A stretch of 64,000 bases of DNA from Paraspadella gotoi (Eukaryota > Animalia > Chaetognatha). Made by a program: the position numbers and the translations under genes. Positions 1-18,804 of this stretch are shown piece after piece. Positions within the stretch are counted from its first letter, which is position 1; each line of letters begins with the position of its first letter. Under the pieces are notes generated by a model that searched no databases, was not told where the DNA came from, and saw only the letters and a list, made by a program, of their open reading frames with translations. The DNA is taken from contig CM119263.1 of the NCBI GenBank assembly GCA_051294375.1, forward strand, positions 206,019 to 270,018. The letters are read 5' to 3'.

Positions 1-115
1 TTTAGTCCCCCGATATATTTTATATTCATTGTACCAATTTCATAAAGGCAGACGTGTCAAACCTCGAACAGACCCGGGCCTATCCGAACCCCACCGAAGA
101 TCATCTGATCACCAC

Positions 116-7351
<7,236 letters not shown>

Positions 7352-7939
7352 CTTACCAACTAAATTTCTTTTAATTCTTATACTTATATGTACTACATGT
7401 CAATGTAAATGTTCTCCTAAGTACCTTACAAGATGACCCCATATATAAAGCATGCCAGCCTCGGTAAGTGAATAACCAAGGTTGAAGAAAAACGGGAAAT
7501 TTGATAATAATTATATCAGGAGTTGTATGTTATTTAAGGTAAGAGAAAAGCACGAAAACGAGACCGAGAGAGAGACGATGAATTTTTCCGTAATCGAAAC
7601 TCGAATTTTCTCCATTTTTCGTCATTTTTCGATTTTCACTTTACAAAATCAAAGCGACGGGAAGTCAAACCTTTTTGAGCGAAACTCTTGTTAGTTTAAT
7701 TAACTTCGCGGTTGTTTAGCTTATTTTTCGCCTTTATTTATAAAATACAACGAACTACTTATTACCCACAAACTGTTTCTTAAAAACTCCATCACCGCAA
7801 AAAATTTAAACACGATTCGCTTCTATTAGATAATAAAATATATTCAATTTAAAATTTAAAATATACTTAAACAGTGTTCCACAAATACGATCGAGCAAAT
7901 TACAATGTATGAACGAGCACGACGTACAAAGTCCGCGTT

Positions 7940-9471
7940 TCAATTCGCCTTTTTCCCGATCGGCTTAAAGATGGCGCGCTGTAAGGAGGTACAGGCGTAC
8001 CAGGCGCCGACGAAGACAATCGTCAATTTGATGATCGTCTCGAGAATCTCCAGGACGAGGATGCATCGACGACGCGTTCTTTCCTTCTTTATCTTCTTCT
8101 TTTCCTCGTCCTCGATTATCGTCGCTTCGCCCGGGAGTTTCCTCTGCCAACTCTTGCCCCCGTCTGGAACCGGGAGATGGGAGAAGAGATGGGAGAAGTG
8201 ATGGGAGAAGAGATGATAGAGGAGATGGGAGAAGAGATGGGAAAAGAGAATGGAGAAGAGATGGGAGAAGTGATGGGAGAAGAGATGATAGAGGAGATGG
8301 GAGAAGAGATGGTAAAAGAGAATGGAGAAGAGATGGGAGAAGAGATGGGAGAATAGATGCGTGAATAGATGGGAGAAGAGATGGGAGAGGAGATGGGAGA
8401 AAAGATAGGAAAAAAGATGGAGAAGAGATGGGAAAGAGAATGGAGATGGGAAAAGAGATGGAGGAAGAGATGGAGAAGAGAAAGGAGAAGAGATAGAGAA
8501 GAGATGGGAGAATATATGGGAGAAGAGATGGAGGAAGAGATGAGAGAAGAGAGGGAGAAAAGATGGGAAGATGGGAGAAGAGATGGGAAAAGAGATAGAG
8601 AGAAGAGATGGGAGAAGAGATCGGAGAAGAGAATGGAAGAAGAGATGGGAGAAGAAATTGGAGAAGAGATGGGGGAAGAGATGAGAGAAGAGATGAGAAT
8701 GGGAGAAGAGATGGAGGAAAAGATGGGAAAAGATGGAAGAAGATGGGAGAAGAGATGGGATAAGAGATGGGAAAAGAGACGGAGGAAGAGATGGGAGAAG
8801 AGATGGGAAAAGGGATAGGAAAAGAGATGGGAGAAGAGACGGGGGAAGAGATGGGAGAAGAGATGGGAAGTTTGGATAAGAGATGAGAGAAGAGAAGGGA
8901 ATGAAGATGGGAGAAGAGATAAAAATAAGCAATAAAATCTTCATCGTTCCTTTTTTCCTCACCAGAGGGCACTGGTTGTTCGTCCTCCTCAAACTCGTAA
9001 TCTGAGAAAACAAAATGCAATTTAGGAACTGTAAGAATATTTACAGTCGTTTCATTAATTTATTTATAAATGCATTTATTCGTTCATTAATTAATTCATT
9101 TATGAATTCGTTAATTAATTCATTTAATTATGTATTCATTCGTTCATTAATTTATTTTTACATTCAATCATTCATTAACTAATTCATTCATTCATTTATA
9201 GTGATCAAACTCCACCCGAGCAAGAGCGGAAAATTCGGCCTTCGACGTGAAGAGCGTCAGACTTAACAGAGTTGAGACGCCTCCGATCCGGCGCAGTGAG
9301 TTTGTTCTCCGATTGGTTGTTCATCTTCAAAACGCTGCTGCGTCCTGCTCTGCAGCCGCCGCTGTCGTCCTCGCTGTCGCCGCCGACTTCGTCGTCGCTG
9401 CCGTCCTCCCATTCGGACTCAATTTCTTCTTTCTCTTCATTTTCGGAAAACTTTGTTGTTTCAAACTCCAT
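7940..9471 (-). CDS. Small orphan protein (~170 aa): acidic N-terminus, one C-terminal hydrophobic segment
   Basis: Exons 9471-9216, 9001-8963, 8163-7940 join through GT-AG phase-1 introns. The product ends ...RRRCILVLEILETIIKLTIVFVGAWYACTSLQRAIFKPIGKKAN*. No family recognised. Confidence 0.55.
8172..8925. repeat. Degenerate 12-bp minisatellite (GAGATGGGAGAA)n filling an intron
   Basis: Dozens of diverged units visible. Confidence 0.9.
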
Positions 9472-10774
9472 TTTCTCGATGCTAGTGAAATTTATAAGAG
9501 GTAGAAAGTAAAGATATCTTTATCAAGTACCTTCTCAGTGAAACGCTATTGAGCTAAGGTTAATTGTGTTAAAATGTTAAATAACCTATTTCGAACTTAA
9601 ACACCCCCGACGTAGACTAACGAGTTTTCTAATATTGGTAGGCGACCTGTCTCGAAGAGCTGAATAATTTTCTGTCTGAGAGAAAAACGCGTAGTATCTT
9701 CTTCAAACTCGAATATTTATTTATAGTATAAAAAAAGCATGCCCAAAATAGAAAGAGATGCCTGGACAGAAACCGACAAAAGGATAACGCAAAATCTATA
9801 AAAATGACATCCCGCATCGCGAGAGGAAAACTAAAGATAAAGACTATGATAACAACAAAGGAGCCGACAAAGGAAAAGTTAATCGGTATCTTCAATGGTT
9901 TTAATTTTTACATAATAATGATAAAAGGACTGTATTTTATCAAATTCCTCCTTTTTACTTTACATTTCGAAATTTTAATTTTATTTATTTGGAACATAAC
10001 AAATATTCGTGCATTGGAATATTATTTTTCTCGATCGTTTCAGAGAATTTTAAATCTTTTGTTTTTTATAGAAAAAAATTTATACAAGCCATCTAACGGA
10101 GGGCGACAGCCTCCTCGTTTCCAACCATGCGACCCTATCGGCGCTTTTAGTCACAAAACATCTTCGACGCCATTGGCAGCAGAAGCGAACTGGTCTTTTT
10201 TGTCAAATAAATATTTAATTTTTACCCCATATTAATCAATTTTCGAATTAAAACTAATAAATTCCTGAACTGTCATCGCACACTCTACGTTTTACGTTGG
10301 TGAAACTCATCGCTTTCTCTTTTAAAACTCGCTCTTTCAAGAGGTAAGAATTTTGGCTTCAAATTTCAAATTGACTGAGAAGCGAGATTCGTTTTCCTGC
10401 AGAGGGCAGCACGCGGCTCGCTTCTTTTTGATCAGTGACTCTTTAAACAAAAGGAGTTGGCTTCTCCGCCAGTAAAGAAAGCTCAGCTCATGCGTGTAAA
10501 AACTTACATTATTTTTTGTCTCTGTTTAATATTTAAATTTTATTTTTTTTAATTTTCCGATTTAATACTTGCACGGACGTAATTTGGTAAAAAGTTAAAC
10601 TATAAATTGTTATTATATGAAATTGCTACAACCAATATAAAAATTATTATTGTTATTATATATTTTTTTTATTTAATGAAATTTGTCCATAAATAAATAT
10701 TAAAAATAATATTGATAACAATGTTTTTATTCCTCTAGCGACTTGACGCCAATCTACCTGCGTTTTTTTTCGCG

Positions 10775-13700
10775 ATGGAGAACAACATCGGGGAATCCGA
10801 GTCTCCTGCGGCGGCGGCGGCGGTGGCGGCGCCTGCAGCGTCGGATTCCGCCGATTCTTCGCCTTCTCGGGTCTTGGAACTCGTCCTCGAAAAAGTGGGC
10901 ATGGTGTTCGGACTCGAGTTGGCCATGGGCAACTGGAAACTCTTCAAGACCTCCAAGCACATCATCCTGGACAAGGAAACTCCCTCCGGCGCCAAGTCAA
11001 ACTGGGAGGGAGCGAAGTTGATGAGTTTGGAGACGGTCTTGGGGAAAGTGCAGAAAGTCTTCGAGGCCGAGGTGTTGGCGGGCGATTGGATCATCTTCAC
11101 CACAGAGAAGCACATCATCATGGAGATGGTCAAGGGCGTGGAGAAGATTCAGCGGAAGGAGGTCGTCCTCGCGGAGAGGCCGACGAAAGCCGAAGACGAG
11201 GTCGACCCCGAACGGCCCGTCAAGGGAGGCGACGCCGAACGGCCCGTCAAGGGAAACGAAGAAGAAGAAGCGCCGCTCTGGGGAATCGAATCGCCGGGGT
11301 AAGATTTTGTTAATTAATAATCAAAAACTTATTGTTTTACAATGTATAATTATAATATATTTATCATTTAATTATCCACAGAAAAGAAGACATTATTCTT
11401 CCTCCTCGCGAAATTTCCCCCGAAAGTCAAAAAGGAAAAAAGAGAAAACGAATTGAAAGCGAAAACAAAGATTTGGTCGAGACAGAAATTAAAAAGACAA
11501 AGGCGGTCGATGAGAGCGACGAGTCGTGGACAAAGTCTGAACAAGATTTGGAATCAGCTGAGAAGACAGAGTCCAGCGACGAAGACAAAGTAAAGAAGGA
11601 AAAGGACAATGTCAAAGGAGACGAGAAAAAATCCCACCCAGAGGATAATGTCACGAATGAACTCGTCGATACGAAGATTTCCAGCGGAGTTGATGAAATC
11701 AAAATGGCGTCCGATGTCACGTCTTCCGAGGAAAATGCGGCGACGTCGGCGCCGGAAACGAGCGGCGGCGACGAAGACGACGACGACAGCGTCGAAACGG
11801 AAGAGGAGGAAGAGGAGGAGGAAAAGGAAGCAGACGACAAAGGAAAAGAAGAAGCAGACGATGTAAATAAAAACAAAGAAGATTTGGAAAAACCTAATGT
11901 TTTCCAAAGGATGAAATTGTTGGCCTCGGGGAGGACAAAGGAGGAGAAGGAACAAATTGAAGAAGAGAACGAGGAAAAGGCAAAAGAAGTTGAAGAGGAA
12001 AAGAAGGAGACGGAGGAGGGAAAGGAAGAGAACGAGGAGAAGGCGAGGAAATTCAATACGAAAGTGGATGTCGGGGAGAGGAGGTCGCTGCGACGAAGGA
12101 AATCGACGGCGATCGTCAAGAACTCGGAAGAAGATAAAAGTCTAGAGGAAGAAAAAAAGGAAAGAAAATGGGAGGAAGGAGGAAAGGAGAAGAAAGAAAG
12201 AAAATCATCGAGCGGAAGTAAGTTTGGGAAAAATGGAAAGTTAGGAAAGATGATAAGTTTAAAAAATATATTACAATGTTTAATTATTAACAGATGAAGG
12301 GGGCAATGGTGAAAATTAATAACATTTTTTTCGCTATATAGAATCGCGTCTGTGCTGCACCGAATGCAACTTATCTTTCTCAACGATGCAAGAGCACGCT
12401 CGCCACTTGGGACAACGGCACAAGCGATCCAAGGTGTACACCTGCGAGACTTGCGGCGCCACTCTCGACTGCACCGCTTCCACGATCTCCATGCGGATGC
12501 ACCTTCGAAGCCACGGCTTTAACCAATCTTCGGTGGAGCGTCAAATTCGAAAGGCGGTTGAGGCTTTCGCTTTGGCGAAGTCATCCAGCGGCGTTCCTGG
12601 GGCGTCTCCTCCCGCCGGATCCTCGACGGCGGATTCTCCGTTAAAAGGAAAGATTCCGGAAACGCCGGAATCTTTCGCGGATTCCTCGGAGGACTCTGCG
12701 TCGCCCGAGACACCGAAGAGACCAAGCGGCCCCAAGAAGGTCAACGCCCTCTCGATCGAATCCTCGCCAAAATCCTTAAACGCGTCCGGAGATGAAACTC
12801 CGACCTTCAAAACGACGACCAGAAGAACTTTTACCCGCGCGACTCGATCTCAAAGTCCCGCGACTCGATCCGCCTCAAAATCGCGGACTTCCATTGACGG
12901 CGCTGCTTCCGCCGCCGCTTCAGACGCCGCTTCAGCCGCTCCCAAGCAGATCGCGACAGTTTCTCCCTCTCCCCGCTCTTCGGCGCCCGGTTCCTCCTCT
13001 TCCCCGCGCCCTTCCCTTCCCGTCTCTTCTTCCTCATCCCGCCTAATTCCGCCCAACCGCCCGTGCCATCGCTGCATAACCTGCGACGCCGTCTTCGCCC
13101 ACCCCAAAGTCCTAGAGATTCATCGCCGCAAGTATCACCCGGAGCGCGTCGACTGCGAAGACTGTGGCGGCGTCTTCGGCAGCGAAGCGGAGTTGCTCGT
13201 CCACGTCAAAGAGTCGCACGATGTCGGCGGCGACGAAGACGACGGCGACGCCGACGACGAAAGATCGACATCTACCAACGCGGCGTCGACCCCGGGAAGC
13301 GCCGCGAAGAAGGACGGCGCCGCGGTGGAGGACGCCGCGAGGAAAGCGTCCGAGGAATCCAGGCGTAGCGACGATGACGACGACGCCGCCGACGACGATG
13401 ATTACGACGAAGACGAGATGGCTGAGTTTGAGAGAATGTTGAAAGGCGGAACCGAAAGTCCGCCCGACAAAAGAACCGACAAAGGAGGTGGAGCTGAGGA
13501 AAAGAAAAACGACGCCGGTTTAACCGAAGCTGAAGGACCGACGCCGGCCAAGTATCGCCGAATATCGGGCGCAGTTTCCGACGACGCCGGTGTCGCCGCC
13601 GCCGCCGCCTCCGCCGCTTCTCCTCCGCTCGCTCCGCCCGCTGTTACGGAATCTCCGATCGTCGTCAAGCAAGAGGTGCCCTTCGACGACGACGTCCTGA

Positions 13701-15257
13701 TCGAGTCGGTCGTCCGCGAGCCACGACGCGATCTCTCTCCGCCAATCAAGAGAGAACCCGTCGAGGAATCGTCCACCGTCGAAGTCTCCGTCAATCGAGG
13801 GTCCAAAGGCAAAGCCCCCGACGAGTCGCTTCGCGGTTCGATGGAGAACGATCCCGCGACGCTTCACATGCGGAGGATCAATCGGCCGCTCAGCAAGGCC
13901 GACGTCAAGGCATACTTCTATCCCTTCATGCCGATTAAAGTAAAGATCAAAAAAGCTCCTTGGGCCAACATGTGGGAGGTGTTTTTCCAGTTCCGTTCGC
14001 AGAGCGCCAAGGAGCGGGCCATGCGTCACGGGCATCTCCTGCATCGGGAGAACCCACTGGAGAATCTTGGCTTCGGACCGGAAGGCGATGGGCGTTGTGA
14101 CGAGGACGTCGATCCCAAGTTGTTCTTCGAAGATCAAAACGGGAAGATCGTCGAGTTGGAAGGCGTCGTCAAATCTTACAAGCCCACCCCGAGTCAGACG
14201 TTGACTTCCGCGGAGAACAAAGGAGTTGGGCTGCCGAAGATCAAACTCAATTTGCAGCAATTGCAGCAATTGTTGGGCGACAAGAAAAGCGGGCTGCACA
14301 AGAACGAGAAGGGACAATTGATTCTGAAGATGCCCAACAAAGATATCGGTCAAATCGGGGAAAAGTTAAAGATGTTGACGCAACAGCAACGAGCGCAACA
14401 GCAGGCGCTGCCGGCTCAACAGCAGCAGACGGTGCAAAGCAAATCTTCAGAGAATCTCGGAAACGTGAATATCATTTGCCCGCCGACCAAATCTAAGGAC
14501 GGACCACCACAGGTACATAAACTGGATTTCGTTACTTAAAATTAAAATTTATTTTATTTTATTATGTTACATATATGAATGTATGTGGATAAGGCGCTAA
14601 GTGGGCTGAAGATGACTATCCGTAACTTCTTTAACCCCCTCTAGCAGCTATGGAACGGGTCCTGGGCTTGGAACCAGGCTTGAGGGTTTTCCACGCCCCC
14701 AAGGCGGCTTACGGCCGTCCTCACACTTCCCGCAGGGTAGGTACCGGGTTGGGATTGAACCCGGTACCTAGTGGTCATGAGCTGATGGCTTTACTCAATG
14801 AGCCACCGGGTCACAACTGAAAGAGTCATGCTTATAGGCGGGGTGAACCTAGGCAATGCCCGACTACATGTATATATATGTATTTTCGGACCACGAGTAG
14901 CTATTTACTTAACTTGGCCCATATCACTGACGTTGCCTTAGTTTTCATCTGCCCTCCAGCATCTGTTTAATCGACTACGTGTCAATAAAATTCTTAACAA
15001 AATATTTTTAATCTCAGATCGTCACTAATCTCTCCAACGTAATTTTCCGCGGGGAAGAGAAACGGCTCATCGGGGATCTGGCCAAAGCATCAAAGGCCGG
15101 AAACCTGCAAGTCATTCAAGTTCGGAAGCCCAGCGGGTCGCCCGCTCCGGGCAACGCCGCTTCGGACAGCGCCGGCCCGTCCACCGCTCCCGTCAACGAC
15201 CCGAGTCCGAAGAAAAGCGATCAAGTTATCGTCATAAAGGACGAACCTGTATTTTGA
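10775..15257 (+). CDS. C2H2 zinc-finger protein with tandem N-terminal domain, acidic region, 4 fingers, qRRM-like domain and Q-rich tail
   Basis: Coding exons 10775-11298, 11382-12217, 12342-14512, 15018-15257, all GT-AG with matching phases; probable non-coding exon ending at ~10342 (GAG|GTAAGA). Fingers: CTEC..HLGQRH, CETC..HLRSH, CITC..HRRKYH, CEDC..HVKESH. SUMO-type motifs VKQE, IKRE, IKDE. Confidence 0.88.
14585..14867 (-). mobile_element. tRNA-derived SINE-like repeat, family B, copy 1
   Basis: Minus-strand A box TGGCTCATTGAG, CTCATGA loop and B box GGTTCAATCCC (14741-14811). Homologous to 24854-25077. Confidence 0.7.
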
Positions 15258-15826
15258 GCTTGGCAGAACTCGTGCAGAGCTTGTGCAGAACTTGTGCATT
15301 TTTATTCTCTTTTGATTACGTTCTTTGCCAATCAATTATGTCTATTTATCACTAAATGCAAGAGGTTAATTTCGCTTTTTTTTTCAATTATGTATCGATT
15401 ATCCAATTATGAAAGCAAAACATGTTACAATGAAAAATCGTCCCTAAAGCGAAGTTAATCTCTCGCTCTCACGAATTCGTGAACTTGATTCTCACTTTTC
15501 TCATTTTACTTTTAAAATCGAGTTAAACCTTCGACACGGGATTAGGTACAGAATTTGTTTTAATTCGTCAAGTTCGACATTGTTTATTTACAAAACGGAA
15601 CAATAAAAAGAGCGAATAAAATTATCAACGCGAATTAGTTTTTGTGGGAAGCGGAGGGGGGAGGGGGTAGGGCCGGTTGGGGAAATGAGGCGAAATGAAA
15701 ACGGGTGACGACGATGAATCGAGGGTGGTTCGTAACTGAAGGAAATGTTCGACGGTTGCGATAAAAGAAATGATTTAGAATGAACGAAAATGTCCAATAC
15801 TAGCAGTAATCTCCAGAGAAGATAAG

Positions 15827-17773
15827 TCAGTGGGGCTCTTGGAGTCCTTTCAGTCTCCGATACCCATCGAGTCCATGCTTAACATGCCTCCATGCCTTGC
15901 GATTCAACGTCTCTTCATCGTCAAGGCCTTTGTGATCGAAATGCTTCGTCGATGTCGAAGCTTTAACGATCGACGCGCGTCGCCTCGGGCCTGGCGATCT
16001 GCCGAGATTATTATCATTATTATCATTATTTTTATTACATTATTATTACTAATGATACTCGGCCTTAACACACCAGAGTCTGACAAAAGTCTGGGGCAAG
16101 ATAGTATGGTGGACTAAAATCCACCAACCGTTCATCAGCGGCCATTGGTGCTGGAGGCAAGTCAAATGTCCGGGGTTCTAGCCCGGTGGTCGCCTAGCAG
16201 TAAAGAGGGACGGGGCGCTTAACCCGCCTGTAACACGGTTTTATGGCCTGATCCGAAGCTCAGGGACTGCTTACTAAGGCGTAGTGAAAGTTACATACGA
16301 AAATTCTAAAAGTCAATTATGAACAACAAACCATCAGTGAATATTAATTTGTAAAAAAAAATAATTTTATGTTTTTTTAATTTTCGCAGTAGGCTATATT
16401 TATATATAGTACTAACCTTATAAAATCGAAAAATTTCAAAATAACTTTTCTTAATTTTGATTGCAGATTTGAATTCCTCGTAAAAAGTTGATAAAAGAAA
16501 ATATAAATCATTTTTAAAAATTCTTTCATTAAGTGGGTTAAAAATTAAAAAAACTATATTTAATATATAAAAAATTAATTTTCAGCTTAAAATATAGCTT
16601 TTTCTAATTTTTGACCCACTTAATGAAGGAATTTTTTAAAAAGAGTTATTTTTCTTTCTATCAACTTTTTATGACGAATCCAAAAAAATTTTAGAAAAAA
16701 CTGTTTTGAAATTTTAACATTTATTGGTTTAGTACTAGTATAAATATGGCCTACTGCGTAAATTGTAAAATTTATTATAAATTTTTTTATTACATAAATG
16801 TTCATTAGTATAATGTTGTTCGTTCCTCACTTTTAGAATTTTAATTAAAGTTAAATTTAGAAATTTTACTACGCCTTACTGCTTTCATTGAATGGTTCTG
16901 TCACTAACACACTACAATCATTACTGTCTCTTCATTGGTGAGCCCGACTTCCGAATAAAACAGCAACAACAACACTTTAAGGGGACATGCCTCAACCTGG
17001 CGATGCACTTTCCGCCAATAACACATCAAGCGACATGCCTCAACTTGGTGACAAACTTTCCGCCAACAACAACAATTCACTGAAGAGACACAACAGACTT
17101 CTCCCTATGGTAGGGGGGGATGTATGGTGGACTAAAATCCACCAACCGTTCATCAGCGGCCATTGGTGCCAGAGGCAAGTCATTCGCCTCCCAACCCAAA
17201 GGTCCAGGGTTCTAGCCCAGTGGTCGCCTAGCAGTTAAGAGGGACGGGGCGCTTAACCCGCCTGTAACACGGTTTTACGGCCTGATCCGAAGCTCAGGGA
17301 CTGCTTACATTGAACGGTTCTGTCACTAACACACAACAATCATTACTGTCTTTTCAATAGCTTATATATTTAAAGTATGGATTTAATTATTAGGAAAAAG
17401 TTTAAATTGTGATTCGGCAACGAATTTATTTATAATAATAAACGGACATGTCCGAATCACAATTTAAACTTTTTCCTATGTCCCAAACGCAACGAAAAGA
17501 AAGGAAATTATAACAATGGATTTAATTATTATATTGGTTGTACCAATTCCATAAAACTTGAAATTGACCAAGTCCCGAACTGACCTTCTCATCCTCTCTC
17601 TCTCTCGTTAGTCTCTCTCTCTCTTCGCTCCTTTCCTTTCTCCTCTTCTCTTCCTCGCTCTTCCTCCTCTCCTCCGCTCTCTCCCTCCTCCTCCTCTTCA
17701 TTTCCTCTATCATCTCCTTCGGCGGAGAGGACATGCACTGCATGGCTTCGTACTCCACGAGGACGTCCGACAT
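15827..17773 (-). CDS. Possible small two-exon charged protein gene (frame across the intron unresolved)
   Basis: GC-rich exon-like blocks 17773-17585 (MSDVLVEYEAMQCMSSPPKEMIEE..EDEK|GTCAGT) and 15998-15827 (after a CAG acceptor). Direct phase-0 joining stops after 11 codons. Confidence 0.35.
16105..16935 (+). mobile_element. tRNA(Gly-like)-derived repeat, family A, copy 1, interrupted by a foldback element
   Basis: Matches 17123-17355 on both sides of the 16275-16878 insertion. Confidence 0.75.
16275..16878. mobile_element. 604-bp foldback MITE with 8-bp target-site duplication (hAT-like)
   Basis: Ends TAAGGCGTAGT...ACTACGCCTTA. The arms stay imperfectly complementary almost to the centre. 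TSD CTGCTTAC/CTGCTTTC; the empty site is seen in the paralogous copy near 17301. Confidence 0.85.
17123..17355 (+). mobile_element. tRNA(Gly-like)-derived repeat, family A, copy 2
   Basis: Acceptor-like stem GCGGCCA/TGGTCGC, A box TGGTGCCAGAGG, loop CTCCCAA, B box GGTTCTAGCCC. Three copies in the window. Confidence 0.78.
17391..17478. repeat. 88-bp hairpin with perfect 27-bp inverted arms (mini-MITE)
   Basis: TAGGAAAAAGTTTAAATTGTGATTCGG ... CCGAATCACAATTTAAACTTTTTCCTA. Confidence 0.8.
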
Positions 17774-18391
17774 CTTCGTCGACGGGCGACTTGAAGATTG
17801 GGGTCGACGATGCGGTGCAATGAGTTGCTGCAATGTGGCTGGATTGAAGAAAAGCGGAGTTTGTTTGTTTATAATGTATTTAGTCAGAACTTTTTCTTTT
17901 TTGTTAGGCGATTTTGTAACTTTAATGGCAGATTTCTGTGTTGTTTTTATCACGATCAGATTGGATTGGATTGGTCGTATTTCGAGGAGATCTGTGACAA
18001 AATGTAAAGAAAATATCTATATAAATCTTCAGTCAGCGGATGTATAGGAAATCAGACTTTATAATACTTTTTTAAAAAATAAAACGATTCCAAACAAAAT
18101 TGATTTCGGGTTGGAAAAGAAAAGAAAAAACATTTGGTTTTTCAATCGACGTCAAACGAAACGACGAAAAAAACATTCGTTTCGTCGAAAATGAAGGATG
18201 TTTTTTTGTTTATTTATTTTTTTGAAATAAATTCTTACTTCGAATTCGAAAACAATTTTTTTCTACTTATATCGAATGATTTATTGGTAAAATCGAAGCG
18301 TGATTATTCAATTATCAATTGTGATTTCGTATTCGTGTTTGGCGGGAAATTGTCTGGTCGACGAATTCCATTTACAACCGGATTCATTTGC

Positions 18392-18434
<43 letters not shown>

Positions 18435-18517
18435 AAAAGTATATTCACAACCAGTTTCATTTGCCGAAAAGCATCGAGACCCTTCTAATTTATATCAAGA
18501 GGCGGTTAGAAAGTTAA

Positions 18518-18592
<75 letters not shown>

Positions 18593-18744
18593 TCGAATCT
18601 GAATCCTATTTCGAGTTAATCCTTACGCGACGAAAATATTTTCTTTTCTTCGATCGAGAAACAGGAACTAAATTTCGGGAGGCGTCACCTTTTTCCATTT
18701 CGGTTTTTGAATTTGATCATTTAAGCAAATTTGACTCTAGAAAT

Positions 18745-18804
<60 letters not shown>

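Noticed and set aside
13520-14353. Long antisense ORFs over GC-rich exons (also 5335-5970 and 11427-12383)
   Set aside because: Shadow frames of real coding exons on the opposite strand.
14604-14630. CTGAAGA...CGTAAC in repeat family B as a minimal hammerhead
   Set aside because: The GAAA core is broken in both copies and there is no convincing stem II.
17156-17228. Functional tRNA-Gly(CCC) gene
   Set aside because: The anticodon stem does not pair properly and the module is embedded in a dispersed repeat.
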